Notes: generated by a model from the sequence alone, not told the origin. Shown: positions 1-16,595, numbered from the stretch's first letter. The stretch: DNA of 64,000 nucleotides from Octopus vulgaris (GCA_951406725.2 OX597836.1:39742001-39806000), one strand, 5' to 3'. Numbers and translations: made by a program.

Positions 1-64
<64 letters not shown>

Positions 65-73
65 ATATATATA

Positions 74-104
<31 letters not shown>

Positions 105-215
105 GTGTGTGTGTGTGTATGTGTTTGTGTGTGTATCTATATACGTACACAGTGAGAGAGAGAGAGGGAATCACAGAGAGAGAGAGTGAGTGGAGAGAGT
201 GAGAACCCGAGAGGA
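1..215. repeat. Compound microsatellite (TAT)n-(TA)n-(CA/TG)n-(GA)n
   Basis: Directly visible tandem tri- and dinucleotide runs. Confidence 0.95.
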
Positions 216-687
216 AGGTAGAACGATATTGTATGAATGTATGCCTGGGTTTTAGTCAACGGCAGCAGTACGTGGTCGGAATTTAGTCTGCTGCTTTCCT
301 TGTTATGTTGTTATGCAATGATTAGATTAGTGAAGAAATGTGAAGGAAGGAGACGGAAACACATTTCATGCAACTTAATTGTACACCTGGTGACAAAAAG
401 TTCGAGAAAATTCAATAAATAGATGTAATAGTGACAGAAAGGAGAGCAAAATAGAGATGGTGAGAAGAAAAAGAGGGAGAGAGAGAGAGGGACAGACCGA
501 GAGACGGAAAGAGGCGAGAGAAAATGGAATGGAGGGAGGGAGGGACAGGAAAGGAGATGCAAAGATGGGGAGCTGAGAGAGAGAGAGGGAGAAAGTTTTA
601 TTAAGTAGTAGACTGCAGATTTACAATTAAGCTATTCGACTGGAATTGGTTTTATTGTTTTATTCTGCTGTTTTCCTGACGTGAGTC

Positions 688-736
<49 letters not shown>

Positions 737-954
737 ATTTACGTGGCTATATGTATATATTTGCATATATATATATATGTATATATATATGTGCATATTA
801 TGTATATACATATTGGATTGACGTATATGAAGTGAAGCAGCATAATTTTTATTTCATCTAAGCGAGATATTTAATCACTCAAAGTCCACAGTCGTTCAAC
901 ATGTTGACGGTGCTATGACTTTAAGTCTACATGAGTTAAATAAAAGGAAGCTGT

Positions 955-1460
<506 letters not shown>

Positions 1461-2005
1461 AACAGTGCCAGTATTACATACTTAATGTGTGTGTATTTGT
1501 TAAACACTTGTAGCGTCGGCCGTTTCGGCTAAGAGTGACCTCTTCTATGCAAAGGCGTCGCACATAGTAGACAAAATGTCGCAGCTATAAGTATTTAGCA
1601 AACATATATATATTCTATGTGATATTGATAATGTTTACATTACTGAGCTACTTCTAACAGAAAATGTGAATTTTCTTCCACTTCTGCGACGCTTTTTCGC
1701 ATCAGCAGATAAATTTTACGCTACCTGTATATACTTCTGGCTGGCGATTAAAATGCTTTTGGAGTTTTACCTCTGCTCAAATACAACAAAACGCTGATCT
1801 CTATTACTGTAGAATCTATGATTGACAAGTATCCAATGGATTACAGCCAGAGTCACTACCAACTGCAGCTGCAAAACAACTCAATCGAGAAACTCTTCGA
1901 GGAATTAGCCATCAGTTCACCACCAGGAACCGAACGTTCACAAAAATGTCATTCTTGATTCTAGATGCAAAGAAATTATCCAAGGATCAAACAATGGGTA
2001 AGGTC

Positions 2006-2044
<39 letters not shown>

Positions 2045-2097
2045 AGAGAGAGAGAGAGAGAGAGAGAAATACTTTTCCTTCACTTTTCAAGTAATTG

Positions 2098-2325
2098 CTC
2101 TTTGCTCTTTTACTCTTTTACTTGTCTCAGTCATTTGACTGCAGTCATGCTGGAGTACCGCCTTTTAGTCGAGCAAATCGACCCCCAGGACTTACGCTTT
2201 GTAAGCCTAGTACTTATTCTATCGGTCTCTTTTGCCGAACAGCTAAGTTACGGGGACGTAAACACACCAACATCGGTTGTCAAGCGATGTTGGGGGGACA
2301 AACATACACCCACACAAACACAAAC
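2098..2325 (-). mobile_element. SINE family B, 3' half
   Basis: Reverse complement of the family B 3' part (gctccagcatgactgcagtcaaatgactgagacaagtaaaagagtaaaagag) seen full-length at 55838-56278. Confidence 0.9.
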
Positions 2326-2329
2326 ACCG

Positions 2330-2945
2330 GGTAGGGGATGTGGCATCCAGTGACTGTTCCAGGACCTTACCATGGCCCTGGAGGCAGTTCATTTTAATGT
2401 GGCCTGGCTGCAAGCACGAGTGACACTTGGGGGGCACGTCCCTCAAGTATCACCGGATACCTGCAGCCAGTCATTTAAAAAAAATCTGGAAAAAACAGAT
2501 TTGCTGCGGCCGATGGGGTCCACAGGGTCAAAATCGCTTTTTACCCTTCCCAATCGACCGCCGGCAATACCCTTACATTTAAGAGCCTGGGTCCGCTATC
2601 CACCAGTCCCTGTCGGATGGTATCTTCAATCCAACCCGCCTCGGTGCTTGGGGGTAACCCACATACCCAGCTCTTATTAATTTCCTTCCGCAGTATGACG
2701 GAAGGCACAGAATTTCGTTGCTCTCTTAAGGCGGACTCGCAAATGTGCAAGCCTTTTCCCGGTTGACACCCGGTTGCATGTTTGACACCACGGGATAGGT
2801 ATTTCACAGAAGACAAATAGTCTTTCAGTTCATTTTCTATAACTGGTTTTGGGAAGACGGTGATGGAATAAAGAACTTTAGAATAAGTTCTAACAATCAT
2901 CGTCCTCTCCTCCATATCTTTTAACAACTGCTTAGCCAAAGTTTG
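2330..2945 (-). pseudogene. Decayed non-LTR retrotransposon ORF1 (gag-like) with CCHC zinc knuckle, probably L1/Tx1-type
   Basis: Minus-strand translation KCHSCLQPGHIKMNC matches CX2CX4HX4C at ~2384-2425. It lies downstream of a 132-aa non-repetitive ORF (2541-2939), with frameshifts or stops between them. Clade assignment is inference. Confidence 0.6.
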
Positions 2946-3680
2946 GCTCAGTAAGTATGAAAACCAACATTGGTTGCGTAGTATAATTTTTCTGCTGCCT
3001 AGCCAAATCTTATTTCGTCCGATTAGCGCAGGACGAATGTAACGCTGTTTGCATCGCTTTTACATTTAATCTTTCCTACACAACTTTTCCCTCTATATTT
3101 ATGTAATGTAAGGTCATGTCTATCAATCCATTTTACGTGTTGTTTTAAAAATTCAATGCAAACCGTCGTGTTTCGGCGGTGATTTGCTTCAATTATAAGA
3201 CTTGTGTTTTCCTTGACTGTTGTATGTATAACGTTTATGAGCCTTTGTTTTTTTGTTTTCTTTGTTAACGATTTATAGTATGAATATGCAAGTCTTTTTG
3301 TTCAGTGAATTGTATGTGTGTTTCTGTTGCAATAATATGATACAAGTTAATGTGTAAATCTGTTGATACAGAATGGATTATGCTTATCTCCAGTGGGGTT
3401 TTGAAAATGGACGGTTTACTGCATTACTCTACATACATTTATTGGGAAATGAGGGTAGTAGATGGCTATATATTACTAATTATTACTAATTAAGGAGTGC
3501 AATATTATTTGAAGAAGAATTAATGACAATTTCAGCAAACGCACACAATTTATTCATGCCCTTACCTGAGAAAAAAAATCTCCTGAAATACTATAACGGC
3601 ATAGCAACCACAGTAAAATAACATTCGAACAAACCACGATATTTTCACAAAGTTGAAGAGTTGCATGTAAACAGTATATC

Positions 3681-4282
3681 CTATTTCTTTACTACCCACA
3701 AGGAGCTAAACACAGAGGGGACAAACAAAGACAGACAAACGGATTAAGTCGATTATATCGACCCCAGTGCGTAACTGGTACTTATTTAATCGACCCCGAA
3801 AGGATGAAAGGCTAAGTCGACCTCGGAGGAATTTGAACTCAGAACGTAATAACAGACGAAATACCTATTTCTTTACTCCCCACAAGGGGATAAACACAGA
3901 GAGGACAAAAAAGGACAGACAAACGGATTAAGTCGATTATATCGACCCCAGTGCGTAACTGGTACTTATTTAATCGACCCCGAAAGGATGAAAAGCAAAG
4001 TCGGCCTCGGCGGAATTTGAACTCAGAATATAAAGACAGATGAAATACCTATTTCTTTACTACCCACAAGGGGCTAAACACAGAGAGGACAAACAAGGAC
4101 AGACAAACGGATTAAGTCGATTATATCGACCCCAGTGCGTAACTGGTATTTATTTAATCGACCCCGAAAGGATGAAAGGCAAAGTCGACATCGGCGGAAT
4201 TTGAACTCAGAACATAGCGGCGGACGAAATACCACAAAGCATTTCTCCCGGCGTGCTAACGTTTCTGCCAGCTCGCCGCCTT
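3681..4282 (-). mobile_element. SINE family A trimer (tRNA-like head, Deu/Nin-like core)
   Basis: Head ggcggcgagctggcagaaacgttag...gagttcaaattcc (A/B-box-like) and core gcctttcatcctttcggggtcgattaaataa. Three ~184-bp units. TSD gtaaacagtatatcc at 3667-3681 and 4293-4307. Confidence 0.9.
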
Positions 4283-5177
4283 TTAAACGCCCGTAAACAG
4301 TATATCCATTATTTCATTGGATATATGCCTTCAACAAACCAACCCCTCATTATTCTGATGCATTAAAAGAAAGTGCTTTTTAATGTTAGGATTAATTACA
4401 CAAGAGTAATTTCCAAATACTGAAAAACAGAAGACCAAAAATCATACAGCTTAATGCTCTGTTTCATCTTAATTTGATAGCAATTACTGCTAAACATTCA
4501 TTGAAATTATTAAATAAAGGTATTTGAAAAAATAGTTATAAATATTATAAGACATATTGTAAAATCACATTTCTGTTGAACATACAATTTTGCTTCAGTT
4601 TAGCGAATATCAAGTGTAAAAATTTAAAAAAGCTATCTACATACAATTATTTATGTTCGTCCAGTTGTAATAATTCCTTAAATTGTACATTAAATAACTG
4701 ATGTATGCTGAAATCAACAGTGCGTTAAGTGAAAATATTTACAGTTAACGGTTAAATATCTAAGAACTGTATCGAGTTGACTGAAAATCAATCCAAATTA
4801 AGATATAATGAGAAGTTTCAAAATATGATTTGACACAATGCTATTAAGGTACATCTGGTATTTAAAAATAACAATATCGGAAACTATAAATTTATTTGAA
4901 AGATATTAAAACGCACAAACGTACGGAACCTTATAGTTATAGTAATCATAGCTGTAGCCAGTGTATTTCAGAAAAAACCCCATTTTCTCTAGAAACACTA
5001 CTTAATTCGTAAAGTATACTAGCCATCTTAATATGGCTAACCACTAGGGGTGGGGGATGTTACTGTAGCTTTTTAGCCCCAGGAGATCATCGTCTCCAGC
5101 TGGCTTTAGACACAATCCGGTGCCCTTTAATGATATTCGCAAAGGGAGGTCATCCCCCTCTCGAAAACCTAAGTGAT

Positions 5178-5222
5178 ACGCATGGACTGCAGTTTCGAGA
5201 TTTGTCTCTTGTCAACACACGC
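5178..5222 (-). ncRNA. Type I hammerhead ribozyme motif (inverted copy)
   Basis: Minus strand reads gcgtgtg-TTGACAA-gaga(caaa)tctc-GAAAC-tgca-GTC^-catgcgt. Confidence 0.8.
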
Positions 5223-5643
5223 TAATCACGGGTTTTCGATAAGAGAGACCTGTTTGCGAATATCTATTTAATGTTTTTCCCAGTAACCACTGTCACTGAT
5301 TTCGAAAAACGGTTTGAAACTGCAGTCCATGCGTATCACTTAGGTTTTCGAGAGGGTATGACCTCCCTTTGCGAATATCATTAAAGAGCACAGGATTGCG
5401 TCTAAAGCCAGCTGGAGACGATGATCTCCTGGGGCTAAAAAGCTACAGTAACACCCACCCCTAGTGGTTAGCCATATTAAGATGGCTAGTATACTTTACG
5501 TTGTCGAGTGCTTACTGTTTACATCTCGCTCAGAGATTTATTATTGTTTCAGACCGTTTTTCGAAATCAGTGACAGTGGTTACTGGGAAAAACATTAAAT
5601 AGATATTCGCAAACAGGTCTCTCTTATCGAAAACCCGTGATTA

Positions 5644-5690
5644 GCGTGTGTTGACAAGAGACAATAATCTCGAAACTGCAGTCCGTGCGT
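5644..5690 (+). ncRNA. Type I hammerhead ribozyme motif, U3-A8 core variant
   Basis: gcgtgtg-TTGACAA-gaga(caataa)tctc-GAAAC-tgca-GTC^-cgtgcgt: stems I, II and III all pair; stem III ACTGCAGT is palindromic. Confidence 0.8.
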
Positions 5691-5969
5691 ATCACTTAGG
5701 TTTTCGAGAGGGGATGACCTCCCTTTGCGAATATCATTAAAGAGCACAGTTTTGTGCCTAAAGCCAGCTGGAGACGATGATCTCCTGGGGCTAAAAAGCT
5801 ACAGTAACACCCCCACCCCTAGTGGTTAGCCATATTGAGATGGCTAGTATACTTTACGTTGTCGAGCGCTTACTGTTTACATCTCGCTCAGAGATTTATT
5901 ATTACTACTTAATTCGTTTAGAATTTAATATACCTTTGTAACCATAAATCGAACTTTTTGTCAAAACTT

Positions 5970-6830
5970 GCAGGTGTAGCGGTGTCGTAAGAAGTTAGCT
6001 TCCGAACAGATGGTTCCGGGTTCAATCCCACTACGTGTTACCTTTGGCAAGCGTCTTCTACAACAGTCCTAGGTCGCTCAAAGCCTTGTGAGTAGATTTG
6101 GTAGATGGAAACTGAAAGAGGCCCGTCGTACATATACATACATATATATACATATATGTGTATATATTGTACGATACAAAAAAGAAGATGACATTTCTAG
6201 AATGCGGCAATGCCGTTAGCACAACAGAAATATTGGGTAACTTACTCTTACAAAGCGGAAAAAATTATCAACAAGCAGCCATGGGACTCGAACCCGCAGT
6301 CCCAAGACTCTGGCTGAGTATTTTACCATTAAGCTAAACTGTCCGCTGACAAATTCATCAGCAGATGTTTGATTATATTCATAAACACACGCATGCGCAC
6401 ACACACATACACACACAAACGCATATATATATATATATATATATATAAACACACATATATATATATATATGTATATATACATACATACATTCATATATAA
6501 ATATATACACACATACGCACACATACATGCACTTATATATATATATATATATACGCACTTATATGTATATATATATATATATATGCATATATGTATCCAT
6601 GTGTGTGTCTTTGTGTTTGTGTTTGTCTCGAATCACCGATTCACAACCGGTGCTAGTTTGTTTACATCCCTGTAACTTAGCAGCTTAGCACAACGGAACC
6701 GATAGAAAGAGTACCAGATTTTTTTAAAAACAATAAATGAATACCGGCATCGATTCGTTCGACTAAAACTCGTCAAGGCGGTGCCCCAGCATGGCCGCAA
6801 TCCAATGACTGAAACAAGTAGAAGTATAAA
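5970..6830 (+). mobile_element. SINE family B, diverged, interrupted by an insertion in its internal microsatellite
   Basis: 5' half at 5970-6130 (ggttccgggttcaatcccact...ttggcaag) and 3' half at ~6600-6830, with unrelated sequence at ~6170-6385 between them. Confidence 0.8.
6275..6345 (-). mobile_element. tRNA-like fragment (pseudo-tRNA or SINE head) nested in SINE B
   Basis: Minus strand tagcttaatgg (A-box-like) ... ggttcgagtccc (B-box/T-loop); the acceptor stem does not close. Confidence 0.55.
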
Positions 6831-7177
6831 AGATACTTTAAAATGTCTAACAGCCGAGCACTGAGCAGTTTTTGCGTCATATATTTACACGAACAAAACA
6901 AATTTGTGATATTTTCATTTTCTGCATAATATATACGATCGTTTGATCTATGTTTTTTTATTGCTTGGGAATCACAAAAAAAAATTGCAGTCACAATTTT
7001 GGAAGTTTCAGCTAAATATTAATTTTATTATATTATTTTATTTTATGGCATTCAGTTCCTTTATATTCGTCTCGCATTGTTCTCTCTCGCCCCCCTCTCT
7101 CTCTCTCTCTCTCTCAATCTTTCTCTTTCTCTTTCTCTTACTCCCTCTATCTATATCTATCTCTGTCTATGTACATT

Positions 7178-7419
7178 TTTTTACTCTTTTTCTTGTTTCA
7201 ATCATTTGACTGCGGTCATGCTGGAGCACCGCCTTTAGTCGAGCAAATCGACCCCAGGACTTATTCTTTGTAAGTCTAGTACTTATTCTTTCGTTCTCTT
7301 TTGCCGAACCGCTAAGTTACGGGGACGTAAACACACCAGCGTCAGTTGTGAAGCGATGTTGGGGGGACAAGCACACAAACACAGAAACAGACACACATAC
7401 ACAAACACACACACACACG

Positions 7420-7463
<44 letters not shown>

Positions 7464-7630
7464 CATACGACATGCTTCTTTCAGTTTCCGTCCACCAAAT
7501 CCACTCACAAGGCATTGGTCGGCCCGAGGCTATAGTAGAAGACACTTGCCCAAGGTGCCAAGCAGAGGGACTGAACCCGGAACCATGTGGTTGGTAAGCA
7601 AGCTACTTACCACACAGCCACTCCTACGCC
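7178..7630 (-). mobile_element. SINE family B, full length
   Basis: Near-complete reverse complement of 55838-56278, including the internal (TA/TG)n tract. Confidence 0.92.
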
Positions 7631-7636
7631 TATACT

Positions 7637-7681
<45 letters not shown>

Positions 7682-8309
7682 CATACATTCATATACATAT
7701 ATGTATGTATATATAATATATGGTTGTGTGTGTGTGTGTGAGCGCATAAGCGCATATATGGGCGGACGTATGTACGCCTTCATAAAATATATATGTATCT
7801 ATTTGCATCTATATCTGTGTATATATTGCTCGAACACAGGTACACATAATACATATACATATATGTGTGTGTGTGTGTGTGAATGTGTGTGTGCGAGTGT
7901 GTATATACATGTATATATCTATATATAAGGCCATCATATGTGCTTGTGGATGGATGTGGGCTGATGTTTATACGAGTGTGTGCAATTATGTCTGTTGTGT
8001 AAGCAGAGAAATTCAACTTAAGCAATATGCGGTTATGTGGCATGAGAAACATATACGTTCAGAAGAAATAACTGCCGTATGAGAAGTAGTTAAGACGTGC
8101 TGGCAGATCATAAACATACCGATACGTCTTAAGTTACAGACAAAGAGTTAGATACAGGTGGTGGTCTTAGTTGTGATGAGAGCGTTGGTGGAAGGGTTTG
8201 ACTACTCCCAGTTTGTGTTAGTCAGCTGATGATCTATTCTTGGAAATATTTTGAGGTTCCAAATTTACTTTCACCGACACGTAGCAGGGTATAGAAAATG
8301 GACCAAACG

Positions 8310-9045
8310 TGTCGGCAGAATCGTTAGCATGTCGGACAAAATGCTTAGCGGCATTTCGCTCGTTTTCATGCTCTGAGTTAAAATTTCCCTGATGTCAACG
8401 TTGCTTTTCATTCCTTGTGAATCGATAAAATAAGTAACCGTCGAACGATTAGGTCCATGTAATCGGCTATTCCCCTACCACGCCTAGTGACGTTGTTGAG
8501 TGTCTACAATGCATGTTTACACGATATTCTATGTTCACTTGTATGCCGGAAAAAGAAAAAAACAATATTCATGAAAACCAAACCAATCGGAGGAAAATAT
8601 AGTTTCCAATAGCCTTACAGGCATTTTCCAATCTCGATGAGAATGAAATTTCATCAGGTTTCATCCGCCTCCACGTTCTGGGATCTATTACTGAAGGGGT
8701 CAACATTGCTTTTCACCCATTTCGCAATCGATAAAATAAGTACCAGTGAGTTATCAGGATCGATGTCATCGATTAACCCCATCCGCCAAAGTTCCAAGCC
8801 TTGGGCCTATAGTAGAAAGAATTACTACCAATGTTGTTAAGGCGGCGAGTTGGCGGGATCGTTAGCATGTTGGATGCTGAGGGGAATCTCTTCCGGATTT
8901 ACGTTCTGAGTTCAAATACCGACGAAGTCGACTTTCCCTTTCATCCTGTCGAGATCGATAAAATTGAGTATTGAGGTCGATGTAACACCCAATAGTCCCC
9001 TCTCTCAAATTCCAGGCCTTGTGACTATAATAGAAAGGGTTATTA
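8310..9045 (+). mobile_element. Cluster of three decayed family A-related SINEs (~8310-8480, 8690-8825, 8839-9045) with an alternative tail
   Basis: Head and core motifs recognisable; the tail caaattccaggccttgtgactataatagaaagggttatt differs from young A copies. Confidence 0.7.
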
Positions 9046-9164
9046 CTGATGTTATTGCCTTATGCTCTGACTAGACCTGTTTTTGCTTACTCCACCTCCT
9101 CATGGCAACGTCTTGGGGTTCTAATTTCTCGGCTGAATTACATAGATGCCAGGAAAATATATTG

Positions 9165-9478
9165 TGGAGGCACATGGACTAGTGGTTAGAGCAGCGGACA
9201 CGCGGTCGAGGGATCGCGGGTTCGAATCTCAGACCGGGCGATGTGTGTGTTTATGAGCGAAACACCTAAGCTCCACGCGGCTCCGGCAGAAGGTAATGGC
9301 GAACCTCTGCTGACTCTTTTGCCACAACTTTCTCTCACTCTTTCCTCCTGCATCTTGCAGCTCACCTGCGATGGACCGGCGTCCCGTCCAGGTGGGGAAC
9401 CTATACGCCAAAGAAACTGGGAAACCGGCCCTTGTGAGCCAGGCATGGCTCGAGAAGGAACAAATAAAAATTAAAAAA
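9165..9478 (+). mobile_element. SINE family C (tRNA head, V-domain-like core)
   Basis: Head tggactagtggttagagc...ggttcgaatctc; cctgcgatggaccggcgtcccgtccagg resembles the V-SINE core. TSD aggaaaatatattg at 9151-9164 and 9479-9492. Confidence 0.88.
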
Positions 9479-9842
9479 AGGAAAATATATTGCTATAATT
9501 AATAAGTTCAATCACGAAATATTCGCAGGAAAATGTTATTAAACATAGTTATAAACATGCGAAGGGTAAACAATTAATAAAATGCTCACTTGTTTGCTCT
9601 GCTCTGCTCATGTCCTTGCATGATAGGGCTGGGGTTATCCTAGACCAGCGGTCTCAGCGGCGTCATCGTACGTAGAACCGACCAGCCACAGGTGCCCTCA
9701 CTCGCTGGCGGTTCCGTGCCAGCCTCTCTGCGTCTGCCAAGAGGACGTTGAGTCTTGCTTATATGCTGTGAGTATTTAAAATAATATGCATTTGAGCATG
9801 TTGGAATTTCCCCAAACCGCCCAAAGTAAAAAAGAAAAAACG

Positions 9843-10222
9843 CAGTCCCTCTGCGTGATACCTTGGGTAAGTGCCTTCTACTATAGCCTCGGGCCGGCCA
9901 AATTTTTGTGAGTGGATTTGGTAGACGGAAACTGAACAAAGCCCGTCGCATACACATGTGCGTGCGCGCGCGAGCGCGTGTATGTGTGTGTCTGTGTGTC
10001 TGTGTCCGTGTGTTTGTATCTGTGTTTGTCCCTCACCCCACCATTGCTTGACAACCGATGCTGGTGTCGACGTCCCCGTAATATAGCTGTTCGGCAAAAG
10101 AGACCGAAAGAATAAGTACTAGGAAGTACTAGGCTTACAAAGAACAAGTCCTGGGGTCGGGTTGTTCGACTAAACGCGGTGCTCCAGTATGGCTGCGGTC
10201 AAATGCCTAAAAGAAATAAAAG
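9843..10222 (+). mobile_element. SINE family B, 5'-truncated
   Basis: Matches family B from cagtccc to the tail. Confidence 0.85.
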
Positions 10223-10539
10223 ATAGATACATTCTTTTGCATTTGAGTTGAGACCGAAGATCGGTAGAATGGAAGAATTGTGGGGATATTCTGACGCAAC
10301 TCAGCCAGTGTGGATATCAGCCTAACATGTTTCTCCAGAATGAAACGTTTGGGTCCAGCTGTTTGGGCGCTAGCGATATGGCGCGGCTGACTAGATATTC
10401 AGTACGTCTTGGTGCTGGGGCAAACACATACACGCATACACACATGTGCCCGCATGCAAGTGAACACACATACAGACGCATACACACGCGCACACGTGTG
10501 GAAATATATGCATATAGACAGAAAGAGTGTGAGAGAGAT

Positions 10540-10899
10540 ATATTACTGAGTGAGAGAGCAGTGCATGCCATCAAAGTGACACTGGGGTAAATTATATGAA
10601 GCCTAGTATACTCATCACGACTACCCGTCTGATAAGGGTACACCAGGCACGTGCATCAAAACCATATGACATGGTGATCTCATATCATGAAAAACAGCGC
10701 ATGGCCTTGCAGGTGGGGCCCAGTTAGAATTTTCTTCTGGTCGAGTAGCTCATTCTGCTCAAAAGGTCCCTGAATAAGGGTTGCTTAAGGATGTTGAACA
10801 AACCACCCATGTTTCCAGAGGCGAATTATTCAAACCCCAAAGAATCCCTCTCAGCACATGGCTCTGAGGCTCCCCCACTACTTCTGCTCGTGATCAGAG
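10540..10899 (-). mobile_element. Probable non-autonomous retroelement abutting a (TAA)n tract
   Basis: Non-coding, higher-GC block directly adjoining the TAA tract that holds the Dong-like fragment. Only one copy in the window, so the call is inference. Confidence 0.35.
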
Positions 10900-13815
<2,916 letters not shown>

Positions 13816-14374
13816 ACTAAGCAGTGATTTTTTTTTTATTGGTTTCTTTTTTCCTTTTCTTCAAATAATCATCGATTTTTCGCTCCAGCAATATTTTCCT
13901 GTTCTGCTGATAACTTGAGATGTTCCGATGCAAGATACACATAGGTCTGTTTATTAGTTCCCCATGCTCTGTTGCTTTCTCTTATGTGAATTGCGTGATG
14001 TTTCTTTTCTTCACCTGTGTTTGTTTAGACTCTCAGAATCCAGCATAAAATGTTGAAACGTAAGTTTTCAATGACTATAAAAGAACGTGTTTATATGAAG
14101 TCAAGAAATATTTCTGGAAAGCCGACGGGTATGTCAGTGGAATCATTTATTTCTATCGACTTTTGCATATTCGCACGTTGAATATTTTGTCGAAATATCA
14201 TTTAAATACATAAAACTCTTGTGATATTGGTTTTTTTGTTCTCGCCCTTACAACACAGACTCAATATTTGAAGACACGTATGTTAGGTGTAGTGATAGGT
14301 AGTGGGAAAGAAGATAAATGGGATGTTGTGATGTTCATACATATCGCGAGAGAGTTAATTGAATAATTAATTAC

Positions 14375-14743
14375 TCTTTGCTCTTTACTCTTTTACTTGT
14401 TTCAGTCATTTGACTGTGGCCATGCTGGAGCACCGCCTTTTAGTCGACCTTCTTTGGAAGCCTAGTACTTATTATATCGGTTCTCTTCTGCTGAACCGCT
14501 AAGTCACGGGGACGTAACAAACCAGCATCGGCTGTCAAGCGATGTTGGGGGGATAAACACACACACATACATATATACATATATACGACGGGCTTCTTTC
14601 ATTTCCGTCTACCAAATCCACTCCCAAGGCTTTGGTCGGCCCGAGGCTATAGTAGAATACACTTACCCAAGGTGTCACGCAGTGGGACTGAACCCGGAAC
14701 CATGTGGTTGGTAAGCAAGCTACTTACCACACAGCCACTCCTG
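14375..14743 (-). mobile_element. SINE family B, near full length
   Basis: Reverse complement of the family B consensus. Confidence 0.9.
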
Positions 14744-15904
14744 ATTAACTTTCAAATATTAATCCGGTCTGTTCACAAGATGATTAAATTTTGGCATTTG
14801 GGATAAAAGATTATCCCTTCTTTGGTTTACCATAAGATTCACCTTCGTTCTTCGTATTGCCAGGATATTTACACTCGCTCTTTGGTTTGATAGGAGACCA
14901 TGAAATGTAATTTCGGTTCCCCAAAATATTACTTACTCATCGGGTTAGTACAAAATTAGAAATTGATCTTGACTTCTACAAGATATTGATTATTGATCTC
15001 TAGTTCAATAAGATAGATATTAACTATTGATCTTTGGCTCAATACGGGATTATTGAGGTCTTTACTTTAATAGTGTGAGGTAACTAAATATACATGATGA
15101 TAGGGTAATGTAAGCAAGTAGCATTCAAGTGAGAAGGCATGTGGTTTGTTGGGTAGGATATTCGATTCACGATCGTCAGGGTACTCGTTAAATGTACTTA
15201 TGTCTGTGGGGTGCTCAGCCACTTTAATTCCACGAGTCTGTTCGGTGTGGATCAACATGAAATATTAACAAAAAAAGGGTCTTGCACAAGAACTCAACGT
15301 GCCGCCAACCACTAAGCCAATAAGATGCGTGATATGAAAGAGATTCGGCTGTTATGTAAAACAGACGGAATAAATACAGGGACGGTCCCCCCTCTCTCTG
15401 TTTTGGTGAAGGTTGGTAGGTCGCAGAGCAGGCTGCTTTGCAGTTAGCAGATGAAGAGAACTAAACAATGAGCGATGTCGATCATAATACGCAGGTAAGC
15501 TATTCAGGTGTGCATCTCAGGTATTTCAGCAGTTACCAACATATCTCAAGGGAACATTCTAACCGCATGTTTATTTGTGTATTTCTTCGCGTTGTGTTTA
15601 TGTCGGTGCGAAGGAAAGACAACGGAAAAGAAGATGAAACGAGAGGATGAGAAGATGATTTAGAAATATATGCAAAAAGAACAATCAAAGTCAAAAACAA
15701 AAACAAAAAAAAAACAAAGAGAGAAAATCAGGAGCAAAGAGGGGGAGAGCAAAATAGGAAATGAGAGAAAGGAGAGAGAGAGAGAAAGGGAAAGAGAGGG
15801 AGGGAGGGGAGGGAGAGAGAATGTGTGGTTTCACAAAATATGTGTCTGACAGCATGTCAGTATGTGGCAGGGGCACGCGTGAGTGTATGTGTGCATACAC
15901 ATAC

Positions 15905-15938
<34 letters not shown>

Positions 15939-16034
15939 TCACGCACACATGTATGTATATGTTTTTATACATGAATACACAAACACGCGCATATATATAT
16001 GTATACATATATATGTATATATACATATATACAT

Positions 16035-16081
<47 letters not shown>

Positions 16082-16118
16082 CATATATATATATATACAT
16101 ATTTATATATATATATAC

Positions 16119-16169
<51 letters not shown>

Positions 16170-16339
16170 TGTATATATATATATATATATATATACTTTC
16201 ATACATGCATACACACACACACGCACACACACACATATACATAATTATACATATATCCATAGGTACACATAGGTACATGCATACACACGTCTAAATAGAT
16301 GTCCTCCCAAGGGTGCAAGAGGCATAGTATGAGGCAGCT

Positions 16340-16543
16340 TTTATCTTTTATCTTTTACTCGTTTTAGTCATAGGCGGCGGCCATGCTGGAGCTCATTCGT
16401 CAAGGATTTATTCGAAACAAATCAAACCCAGTATGTATTATTTTAAGTATGGCACTCATTCCAAATCGGCTTCTTTTCCAGAAACAGCTAGGTTGCGGGG
16501 ACGAAAACCTACTAACACCGTACGTCAAGCGGTGGGGTGAACA

Positions 16544-16595
<52 letters not shown>

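Larger units (their letters stand above)
5011..5903 (+). mobile_element. Non-autonomous Penelope-like / retrozyme-like element: inverted segment + partial unit + full ~358-bp unit
   Basis: 5011-5320 is the reverse complement of ~5546-5858, and 5316-5545 is a direct repeat of 5672-5903. TSD actacttaattcgt at 4997-5010 and 5904-5917. Carries hammerhead motifs. Confidence 0.85.

Noticed and set aside
1513-1560. Minus-strand hammerhead-like TAGAAGA...GAAACGGCCG
   Set aside because: Core positions 3-4 and U16.1 deviate, and there is no adjacent stem I.
3681-4282. Regular ~184-bp repeats as a CRISPR array or satellite
   Set aside because: No unique spacers; a tRNA-like head and TSDs show SINE multimers.
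9165-9240. tRNA gene (also other SINE heads and 6275-6345)
   Set aside because: A/B boxes are present but there is no closed cloverleaf, and the sequence continues into repeat bodies.
9620-9760. GC-rich block as exon or promoter
   Set aside because: No convincing splice sites, ORF homology or promoter motifs; left unassigned.
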